DNA from: Minisyncoccota bacterium
GTDB lineage: Bacteria > Patescibacteriota > Minisyncoccia > Phycocordibacterales > PALSA-1337
Reading direction: 5' to 3'
DNA length: 64,000 nt
NCBI GenBank assembly: GCA_041671485.1
Contig: JBAZBL010000006.1
Coordinates: 6,539-70,538, forward strand
Shown here piece by piece: positions 48,728 to 56,325 of this stretch. The stretch's first letter is position 1, and each line of letters begins with the position of its first letter. A program made the translations under genes and the position numbers. Under the pieces are notes generated by a model that was not told the origin of the DNA, made no database searches, and was given only the letters and a program-made list of their open reading frames with translations.

Positions 48728-48757
48728 ACCTGCGTGAACACGCAGGTCTACCCTGCG
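48718..48757. repeat. REP doublet overlapping the ligA stop codon
   Basis: cgcagggtagacctgcg tgaaca cgcaggtctaccctgcg. The ligA stop is TAG 48725-48727. Confidence 0.8.
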
Positions 48758-48784
48758 CAACCTCAAATGTGATAAACTCACAAT

Positions 48785-49078
48785 ATGATAACAGTAAAAG
48801 AAATCGAATATCTAGCAGGATTGGCGCGAATAAAGCTATCAAAAGATGATGAAAAATCATTGGTCAAAGAATTTGACTCTATTTTGGGCTATATAGATCA
48901 ATTGAAGAAAGTCGAAGTCTCTACAGATGTATCTTCTAGAGTTGGTATGGTCAAAAATGTCATGCGTGAGGATAAGGCTTTACCTATTTCTCTGGAAAAT
49001 AGAGAGCAATTGCTGGATGAAGCACCAGATAGAGAAGGGGACTTTATCGCGGTTAAGAAGATAATTGAGCAGGATTGA
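48785..49078 (+). CDS. gatC: Asp/Glu-tRNA amidotransferase subunit C
   Basis: 97 aa. Typical GatC sequence (LARIKLSKDDEKSL...LGYIDQL). Confidence 0.85.
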   Translation: MITVKEIEYLAGLARIKLSKDDEKSLVKEFDSILGYIDQLKKVEVSTDVSSRVGMVKNVMREDKALPISLENREQLLDEAPDREGDFIAVKKIIEQD

Positions 49079-49083
49079 GAAAG

Positions 49084-49158
49084 TGTGTCATCCTCGCGAA
49101 AGCGAGGATCCACAATGTTATGAAAGACATGGATCCTCGCTTTCGCGAGGATGACACA
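49084..49158. repeat. 75-nt palindromic double-hairpin element filling the gatC-gatA spacer
   Basis: gtgtcatcctcgcgaaagcgaggatcca ... tggatcctcgctttcgcgaggatgacac. Each arm contains its own cctcgc gaaa gcgagg hairpin. Confidence 0.6.
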
Positions 49159-49170
49159 AAATAAATTATT

Positions 49171-50613
49171 ATGAAAATAGATTTAAAAGATCTGACAATA
49201 GAAAAGACTCACGAACATTTCAAAAATGGTGATTTTACTTCTGTAGAGTTGACTGAAAACTATTTGGATGAAATAGCAAAGAAAAACAAAGATATAAATG
49301 CGTATCTGGAAGTATTCGATGATGCTATAAATGCAGCAAAACAAGCTGATCTAATGTTGAATAGTGATAAGAGTAATGTTTTGACAGGCATTCCTTGCGC
49401 AATAAAAGATAATATTTTGATAAAAGGCAAAATTGCAAGTGCCTCTTCCAAAATTCTCGAAAAATATAAAGCTACATACAATGCAACTGTGATATCGAAA
49501 CTGGGCAGAGAAAATGTTGTTTTCTTGGGCCGAACCAATATGGATGAATTTGCTATGGGTGGTTCTACAGAAAATTCTGCATATGGCGTGACTAAGAATC
49601 CATACGATACAGAAAGAGTGGCTGGTGGTTCATCGGGCGGGTCTGCGGCGGCGGTAGCCATGGACGGAGCATTATTTGCCCTAGGATCGGATATGGGTGG
49701 ATCTGTACGTCAACCGTCAAGCTTTTGTGGCGTTATTGGGCTAAAACCGACCTATGGTGCTATTTCTAGATATGGTTTGATGTCTGTGGGTTCTTCTCTC
49801 GATCAGATAGGACCAGTAACAAAAACAGTTGCTGACTGTGAAATAGTTTTCAATGCAATAAAAGGAATTGATGAGAAAGATGGAACTACTTTAATACCAA
49901 ATAACAAGCACCAATTTCCAAATAAATCACAAAATACAAATTACAAATCTATAATCGGTGTGCCGTATCATTTCTTGGAGGGGGATGGAATAGATAAAGA
50001 AGTTATATCTTTATTTAATAAAGCTATTGATACATTCAAAGCAAAAGGATATGAAGTAAAAGAAATAAAGTTACCAAATATAGCATATTCTCTGATGGCT
50101 TATTATATTATCATGCCAGCAGAAGTTTCTTCGAATATGGCACGTTTTGATGGAGTAAAATATGGACTACATATAGATGGCAAAGATATAATAGATGACT
50201 ATCTAGAAACTCGTCATTCTGGCTTTGGGAAAGAAGTGATAAGAAGAATACTTCTAGGCACATATGTACTTTCTTCTGGTTACTATGATGCATATTACAA
50301 TAGGGCAAATGCAGTGAGACGCATGATAACAGATGATTTCAAAAAAGCTTTTGAATCTGTAGATATTATAGCTACACCGACTACACCAGGTCCTGCATTC
50401 AAGATAGGCGAAAAGACAGATGATCCAATGAAGATGTATCTAGAAGATATATTCACTGTTACAGCCAATCTGACTGGACTACCAGCTATATCTATACCAT
50501 GTGGCTTTATGAAAGAAGGTGGTAATGATCTGCCAGTCGGTTTACAACTAATGACTAGACATTGCGAAGAAGATACTCTATTTGAAGCTGGAAAAGATTA
50601 TTCTTCGAAATAA
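49171..50613 (+). CDS. gatA: Glu-tRNA(Gln)/Asp-tRNA(Asn) amidotransferase subunit A
   Basis: Amidase signature GGSSGGSAAAVA and Ser-cisSer-Lys triad context. 480 aa. Confidence 0.9.
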   Translation: MKIDLKDLTIEKTHEHFKNGDFTSVELTENYLDEIAKKNKDINAYLEVFDDAINAAKQADLMLNSDKSNVLTGIPCAIKDNILIKGKIASASSKILEKYKATYNATVISKLGRENVVFLGRTNMDEFAMGGSTENSAYGVTKNPYDTERVAGGSSGGSAAAVAMDGALFALGSDMGGSVRQPSSFCGVIGLKPTYGAISRYGLMSVGSSLDQIGPVTKTVADCEIVFNAIKGIDEKDGTTLIPNNKHQFPNKSQNTNYKSIIGVPYHFLEGDGIDKEVISLFNKAIDTFKAKGYEVKEIKLPNIAYSLMAYYIIMPAEVSSNMARFDGVKYGLHIDGKDIIDDYLETRHSGFGKEVIRRILLGTYVLSSGYYDAYYNRANAVRRMITDDFKKAFESVDIIATPTTPGPAFKIGEKTDDPMKMYLEDIFTVTANLTGLPAISIPCGFMKEGGNDLPVGLQLMTRHCEEDTLFEAGKDYSSK

Positions 50614-50630
50614 ATTGGTATAATATAACC

Positions 50631-51218
50631 ATGGAATCAGAACTAAAATTACCTGCAATAGACTATGCACCATTCATCCAATCTACTAGTAAAACCATAG
50701 TCAATAGTTATCCATCTGCTGTCGAGACAGCAAAAGATATTGGAGGTATATTGATAGGAATATGTATACCATTATCAGTTTTTTTTCTTATAGTTATAGT
50801 CTATTGTGTCGAACAATTGAAAAGGATTAGGAATAAAGAAGCAGAAATGTTCGATCTCAAAGTTGTGCCGATATACGAAAAGAATACAGGGTCAAATCCT
50901 GGCATGGTAAAGCGTTGGGAAAGTGCAAAGATCCATATTGCTTCAAATAATCCAAATGATTGGCGTCAAGCAATAATTGATGCAGATATTATCTTGGATG
51001 AAATCTTGACTCAAATGGGCTATCAGGGCCAAACAGTCGGAGACAAGTTGAAGAGGGTTGCAAAAGGAGATTTCAATACTCTAAATGATGCTTGGGAAGC
51101 ACATAAAGTGAGAAATATGATTGCCCATGAAGGATCTAGTTTTTCCTTGAATGAAAACGATGCAAAAAGCGCTTTCAGTGCCTATAAAAGGGTATTTGAA
51201 GAGTTTTATTATGTGTAG
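50631..51218 (+). CDS. Membrane-anchored protein with a C-terminal HEPN-like (DUF4145-type) domain
   Basis: N-terminal TM helix ILIGICIPLSVFFLIVIVY. C-terminus AWEAHKVRNMIAHEG fits the Rx4H HEPN motif of the DUF4145 family. Confidence 0.45.
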   Translation: MESELKLPAIDYAPFIQSTSKTIVNSYPSAVETAKDIGGILIGICIPLSVFFLIVIVYCVEQLKRIRNKEAEMFDLKVVPIYEKNTGSNPGMVKRWESAKIHIASNNPNDWRQAIIDADIILDEILTQMGYQGQTVGDKLKRVAKGDFNTLNDAWEAHKVRNMIAHEGSSFSLNENDAKSAFSAYKRVFEEFYYV

Positions 51219-51268
51219 TTAGTAAAAATATCCTTGAAATTCTGATGGATTTATGATAATTTTTTTCA

Positions 51269-51625
51269 ATGGAACCGAAATTAGATCCAGTAGAGTATTG
51301 TAAATTATTAAGTTCAACTATTCGAACCGCTTATAATGCTATAGGTCGGGTATCCTGCCAGATTTTGCAGAAGAATGTGGTTTTTAACGCAAAGGGATTT
51401 CACCTTCCCCTAGCTGTTGCAGTTGTGAGAAATGCAACAGCGATTGATGAAGAACGAGAGGTGATAATTTCTAAAAAAAGAAAAAAAGGCGCAAAGAGAG
51501 TTAAGGCGAAACAGTATGCATTGGTTGCCACGGTTGGTAGAAATAATCCTGTTAGGGTGAGAGTAATTGTTATGGAAGTAGAAAATAGTCAAAATCCTAT
51601 CTTTTGGAGCATAATGAGGGACTAA
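51269..51625 (+). CDS. Hypothetical protein with a Lys/Arg-rich segment
   Basis: 118-aa ORF followed by the hairpin terminator aaaaaccacgatcatttgtggttttttt (about 51627-51655). Confidence 0.4.
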   Translation: MEPKLDPVEYCKLLSSTIRTAYNAIGRVSCQILQKNVVFNAKGFHLPLAVAVVRNATAIDEEREVIISKKRKKGAKRVKAKQYALVATVGRNNPVRVRVIVMEVENSQNPIFWSIMRD

Positions 51626-52095
51626 AAAAACCACGATCATTTGTGGTTTTTTTAGTTGTGCCCGCTTTTCGACTTAAGATATATCTTTTGCCGAACAAGG
51701 CTTACGCCCACGGACACACTCATAGATTACACTATCACACGACATTTGTCAATACCGAAGTGAAAACTACAAGTGTACCCACAAGCTACATAAAGTATAC
51801 CTTAATAGTGAAGAAAAATTAAGGAAATTATTACTGTCAACTGTGGATAGTGATGATATACTGCGTACACGAAAATGTAAAGGGTTTAATATTTTGTTGC
51901 ACAGGTGAGACAGGATTGGAACCAGATTATGGAAAGCATTAGGGGATTGCATGAACTTTCCATTGAATCTCATGTGTAGTTTTTGAATTGTAATCAAATA
52001 GCGTAATGGTGCTTGATTTATAATGTCATATATGTTTGAATGGTTATCCACCCTACGGACTATGTCTATATGTCAGGGAGTGGTAAACTCATCAT

Positions 52096-52440
52096 ATGAA
52101 TATTCAAAGGCCTAAAAATACTAAAGAGCGTGGTACCATCGAATGTCTCGTATACAAAGATGGTGCTACTTATATTGGTGTCTGTCTAACTTTTGATATT
52201 GTAGAGGAAGGTAGTAACCCAACTGAACTGATGAAAAGTATTAAGGAAGCTGCCGAACTGCATCTTGAAACGGTAATACGGGAAAATCTATCTGATGACC
52301 TTTTGAATCGGTATGCTCCTGAAGACTACTGGAAAAAGTATTTTGCAGTTGCAAGAGAAATTGAGAAACCTTCAATAACAAGCACAAACAATCTAACTGT
52401 ATCCCCTTACTATCGTTCTCTAACGGCTCAGATGGCATAA
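52096..52440 (+). CDS. hicB: HicB-family antitoxin
   Basis: YIGVCLTFDIVEEGSNPTELMKSIKEAAELHLE matches the HicB/UPF0150 N-domain. GGGAG Shine-Dalgarno upstream. Confidence 0.65.
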   Translation: MNIQRPKNTKERGTIECLVYKDGATYIGVCLTFDIVEEGSNPTELMKSIKEAAELHLETVIRENLSDDLLNRYAPEDYWKKYFAVAREIEKPSITSTNNLTVSPYYRSLTAQMA

Positions 52441-52441
52441 A

Positions 52442-52681
52442 ATGGCAAAAGGTCTGAATAACTGGTGTTATAAAGACATCTGTGATTTTTTGAAAGAACA
52501 TGGGTTTGAGTTTCTTGAATATCGTAAGGGGTCTCATGAGGCTTGGATTAATCGTACTACCAATGCAGTCGTGGAAATAAACGTCCATGGCTCGAAGAGT
52601 TTTGCTATCCGAACCCTTGAGACAATGATTCGTCAATCTAAAATTGATAAAAAAGAGTGGCGCGACTGGACTACATATTAG
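52442..52681 (+). CDS. hicA: HicA-family mRNA interferase toxin
   Basis: DICDFLKEHGFEFLEYRKGSHEAW...VVEINVHGSK is the HicA/YcfA fold signature. Starts 2 nt after hicB. Confidence 0.65.
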   Translation: MAKGLNNWCYKDICDFLKEHGFEFLEYRKGSHEAWINRTTNAVVEINVHGSKSFAIRTLETMIRQSKIDKKEWRDWTTY

Positions 52682-52766
52682 GAGTTATCTTATGTTGATT
52701 TTGGTATCCTACCTTTACGCTATATGCACTATTACTCAAAATATATGGTAAAATATAGCTATCTAT

Positions 52767-53168
52767 ATGGCTATGACACTAGAAAAAGCAATAACTTTGG
52801 TAGGAAATTATAGGAAAGCGGGTTTTAAGGCTGGCCAAGCTCTTCTAGATACGGGCTATAGTGAAAGCATGGCTCTGAAGAAGTCTGGGGTCACTCTAGA
52901 TCGTGCATATAAGGCTATTGCCAAACATGACCTAGAAACGGCTCTTGAGAGTCCAAATCCGGCACAAGAGTTGTTCCGATTCATTAAGATGAGTGAGTAT
53001 GACATTGTTAGGGAGTACAGAGAGATCATTATGCAGAATGATAACTTTGCCGTAAAACTAAAAGCCTTGACACCTCTGTTGTCGGAGATGGGTATACAGT
53101 GGAATAACGATGCGGGTAAAACCTCAGCTGTTCCGACACTTAATCTTACTGTTTGCAAATTATTATAA
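52767..53168 (+). CDS. Small HTH protein resembling phage terminase small subunits / phage regulators
   Basis: GNYRKAGFKAGQALLDTGYSESMALKKSG resembles the Terminase_2 N-terminal HTH (..AAIRAGYS..TA...G). Weak. Confidence 0.3.
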   Translation: MAMTLEKAITLVGNYRKAGFKAGQALLDTGYSESMALKKSGVTLDRAYKAIAKHDLETALESPNPAQELFRFIKMSEYDIVREYREIIMQNDNFAVKLKALTPLLSEMGIQWNNDAGKTSAVPTLNLTVCKLL

Positions 53169-53278
53169 CTCCAAATAAGAGGGGTGGGGGTAGTCGGTTT
53201 TGATATTTGATATGTGAACGCAAGAAGGGGGTCAGGCGCAAAATCTTCAAAAATAATCAGTTTCCAAGATCACGTCAA

Positions 53279-54073
53279 TCAAATTGAAAACTTTGGGTTA
53301 ATGAGGTACTTCTTGAACGAATTATACAGCCTTAGAACCTCATCCTTTGGTACGCCAGCATCCTCGATAGTCTTTAGTTGAAAGTTACCTTCATCATCGG
53401 CATCGCTAACCCATGCCCGTAATATTCGATCTGGTTTATCTGCAAATAACAGGAAAATATCATAACCCTGACCGATATGTTTGAAGATGGCAAAAGGAGT
53501 AAATCGACTTCTATAGTATGCCTCATCAAAACCATCTAGTCCAAATGTAGTGTCAGAAACAATATGGCATTGTCTCGTCATGTTTTCTGAAAAAATAGAA
53601 ATTTCCTTTCCACTAATATAATCATCAAAGGTTTTTCGTAAAAAAATTACCGGTGGTCTTTTGATTGACTCTTCTTCAAAACCATCTAGATCATCGGCAG
53701 ACAGCTCCACGGCATGATCCGGTATAACAGCTTCTCCGTTAGTTAACTCTTGCAATTTTGTTGGGAAGGATCGAGTGGCTAGGGTTGATGGTGCATCGAA
53801 TTCAAGATTAGGATCAACAGAACTCCCAAACTTACTGATTATTTCCCTCTGCCTATTTTGGAAAGCCAAATAGACGGTAAATTTACATGCTTCATTATTT
53901 AGGCACTCTTCATGTGATAATTTAGAGTAGTCCCTGTCTAGATTAACCTCTTCGCAGGCGGCTTCAGGAATTGATGTTTGATTAGTTATATCTCTTGTGC
54001 CTAAAACAAAATAAGCTCCCACTGCAAAAACAACTATAACAATGGTTATCAAAATACATGGTTTGTTTATCAT
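53279..54073 (-). CDS. Hypothetical membrane-anchored protein (264 aa)
   Basis: N-terminal TM helix ILITIVIVVFAVGAYFVL. No known motif. Last gene of a four-gene minus-strand cassette. Confidence 0.45.
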   Translation of the reverse strand: MINKPCILITIVIVVFAVGAYFVLGTRDITNQTSIPEAACEEVNLDRDYSKLSHEECLNNEACKFTVYLAFQNRQREIISKFGSSVDPNLEFDAPSTLATRSFPTKLQELTNGEAVIPDHAVELSADDLDGFEEESIKRPPVIFLRKTFDDYISGKEISIFSENMTRQCHIVSDTTFGLDGFDEAYYRSRFTPFAIFKHIGQGYDIFLLFADKPDRILRAWVSDADDEGNFQLKTIEDAGVPKDEVLRLYNSFKKYLINPKFSI

Positions 54074-54103
54074 AATGATACTGTTTTACTAATCTTCATA
54101 AGA

Positions 54104-54523
54104 TTATTTCATTACCTTCGGTTTCCAGTCAATAATTGGTTTTTCAGTATTCCATCTATCTAGTCCCTCAAGCTCAGGCATATAGTTTATATCGGTAATC
54201 ATTTTGTATGCTCCTTTTTTACAAATCATTACCCATAATCTTGGCATGAAGATGGAAAAAACCTTTGCATAACTTTTCAATTGTTTTTTACTCCAGAGAA
54301 TCAATATTTCTTGATCGGCAACCCTTTTTCTGAAAGCTTCCGAAAGATTGTGGAAGTCTACTTTATGGGTGATGAATCCAGTTATTTCCATCGGTAATTT
54401 ATTGCATTCTAAAACAACCGACGCGTAGGGGAGAAGATTATTTCCACTTGAAGATAATGGAGTAAAACTAATTACTCTACAAATTTCACCATCAATTTTT
54501 TTCCAATCTTTATTTTTTAACAT
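54104..54523 (-). CDS. Hypothetical protein (139 aa)
   Basis: ORF in tandem, with tight spacing, to neighbouring genes in the cassette. Confidence 0.45.
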   Translation of the reverse strand: MLKNKDWKKIDGEICRVISFTPLSSSGNNLLPYASVVLECNKLPMEITGFITHKVDFHNLSEAFRKRVADQEILILWSKKQLKSYAKVFSIFMPRLWVMICKKGAYKMITDINYMPELEGLDRWNTEKPIIDWKPKVMK

Positions 54524-54545
54524 GTTATTATAGTAGATTTCAATT

Positions 54546-54737
54546 CTAGGAATTTTTCATTGATGAAGATAAGGAGACTACAATAAACTCCGATATTCCT
54601 CCATAAACAAACAGTTTTAACCCAAATTCACGTAGAAAGTCTGAAGACCATATTGGTGCGGAGGTTTCTGCAAAGGCAATACCAGCAACGATGACAATCA
54701 CTAGAATAAAGACTTGCTTTGAAGTAAATGTTTTCAT
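54546..54737 (-). CDS. Small secreted/membrane peptide (63 aa)
   Basis: Signal-peptide-like N-terminus VFILVIVIVAGIAFAETSA. Confidence 0.35.
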   Translation of the reverse strand: MKTFTSKQVFILVIVIVAGIAFAETSAPIWSSDFLREFGLKLFVYGGISEFIVVSLSSSMKNS

Positions 54738-54806
54738 GTTATATTGGCTATAGTTATCGAGGGTATAGCGAGTATCAATATAACTCCAGACAGGAATGAC
54801 AGTATT

Positions 54807-55127
54807 TTACTTGTTTTCATGTTTCACATTAATTAAAAAATTAATCAGCTCATCTTTTGTCTTAAATCTTTTTATGATATCTACTGCAATTTGCTCTATC
54901 GGGCTACCAATAAAGTTTGTTCTTAATACAGGAAAACTTTTTTCAATAAAAGAAGCATTATCACATCTCCAAATAAGTCGCGGAAATATTATTAGGAAGT
55001 GGTCGTATATCTTTATTCCGTTAGATGAATTGCCAATGGTCACTTTCTCTCTACTGTCTAAAAGTACTTCAAATCCACTCGGGTATGTTGATGTACTGTC
55101 TTGAAATTTATGAATTATTCTACCCAT
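54807..55127 (-). CDS. Hypothetical protein (106 aa)
   Basis: First gene of the minus-strand cassette, divergent from ORF 55377. Confidence 0.4.
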   Translation of the reverse strand: MGRIIHKFQDSTSTYPSGFEVLLDSREKVTIGNSSNGIKIYDHFLIIFPRLIWRCDNASFIEKSFPVLRTNFIGSPIEQIAVDIIKRFKTKDELINFLINVKHENK

Positions 55128-55139
55128 TTTAATATTTAA

Positions 55140-55275
55140 GCAAAAAGCCCATCACGGGTAGAGTCCGAAGACTCTCATACAAGTTTCCCTGTATGGCGGA
55201 TTACGCGACCCCATGATGGGTTCTTTATGCGTAATCCGACTTCCTTTCGCCATGCCCCAAAAAGAGGTTTAGGCT
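55140..55275. other. About 135-nt densely structured non-coding region (candidate ncRNA or replication/recombination site)
   Basis: Nested stems gagtc cgaa gactc, ggattacgc...gcgtaatcc, cccatgatggg and atggcg...cgccat. Lies between the divergent cassette and ORF 55377. Confidence 0.3.
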
Positions 55276-55376
55276 ATTTCTAAATATTCAGTTGTAAGTT
55301 AAGCATACAACTCCGTTTAGATATTGTCGAGGTTAATCTAGTGTGTAAAATCTTTGAAAGGTGCTAGCTTATAAGT

Positions 55377-56027
55377 ATGAGAACTGCTGCTTCTGTTTCA
55401 GGTCGTGTCAAGACTCGATCTCGCAAGATAGCTCAAAAATTGATTCTTGATCATCTTATTATTTTGAATAGTAATAGACTTTGGAAATCTTGTTTCTATC
55501 GTAATAGGATAGGTGTGAAAGGTTGGCGAGCTAGAAGAATTGTAAGAATACCGTCACCAAAATCATATAATTGGTTGAAGACCTATTTGGAAAATACTAA
55601 AGGAGAAATAATAACATTATCTGAAGGTGGATATTCTTTTGTACCTATTCCAGAGGGATATCTCATAATTAATGATAGAGGTGAAAACTTTAATATAAAA
55701 AGATTCAAGGCAAGAAAAAATTTCAGTTTGTTTTTATACAGACTTTTTGCTCTTTCTGTTCTTCGGCCAGCTTATGAAGAGTATGAAAAAAAGGAAGCAA
55801 GAAAGAATAGCTACGAAAGGATAGTTGCAAAATCAAAAGAATGCTCGGCTAAGGAGACTCTATCATTTGGAAATACAAGAATTACTGTAGTGCACACAAA
55901 CAAAATGAAAAGAGTTGAGCCTAAAATCATAGGTATCGAAAGTCAATTTGTTAAAAAATTTTGGGATGGAAGCTATGAAGATTATAAAAAATTTAGACTG
56001 AAAGTGAGGAAAGAAGGTCTGATTTGA
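55377..56027 (+). CDS. Hypothetical basic protein (216 aa)
   Basis: Arg/Lys-rich N-terminus. No recognisable domain. Upstream of the replication gene. Confidence 0.45.
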   Translation: MRTAASVSGRVKTRSRKIAQKLILDHLIILNSNRLWKSCFYRNRIGVKGWRARRIVRIPSPKSYNWLKTYLENTKGEIITLSEGGYSFVPIPEGYLIINDRGENFNIKRFKARKNFSLFLYRLFALSVLRPAYEEYEKKEARKNSYERIVAKSKECSAKETLSFGNTRITVVHTNKMKRVEPKIIGIESQFVKKFWDGSYEDYKKFRLKVRKEGLI

Positions 56028-56183
56028 GAGTGTCCAAATGTTTCCCTGTTGCTGATATTATCACGCGTAAAATTATTATAGCGTGTTTTTTTGTTTAGGA
56101 AAAATTGCTGCAAAAGTCCATTGTGCGCTGGGCTGGTGTAGAAGCAGCAATCTCTACCAGTCAAGCGCAGAGTGGATTTTTTT

Positions 56184-56324
56184 ATGCTAACCATCAATGA
56201 ATGTAAAAAATATCTCAGTTCAGAGATTATAGAGAAGACAACTGACGAAAATATTTTACAAATTCGTGATGCGTTATACAAGCTGGCCGAGCTTGCATTA
56301 GAAACATTAAATAACAAAAAATAA
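56184..56324 (+). CDS. Small ORF (46 aa), possible regulator/excisionase-like helper
   Basis: MLTINECKKYLSSEIIEKTTDENILQIRDALYKLAELALETLNNKK. Ends 2 nt before the primase-polymerase gene. Not in the ORF track because it is shorter than 60 aa. Confidence 0.25.
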   Translation: MLTINECKKYLSSEIIEKTTDENILQIRDALYKLAELALETLNNKK

Positions 56325-56325
56325 T

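Noticed and set aside
55140-55275. SRP RNA / RNase P RNA assignment for the structured region
   Set aside because: Only a short GAAAGGAAGUCGG stretch resembles SRP helix 8 or RNase P CR-I. Overall length and pairing do not fit either family. Kept as an unassigned structured element.
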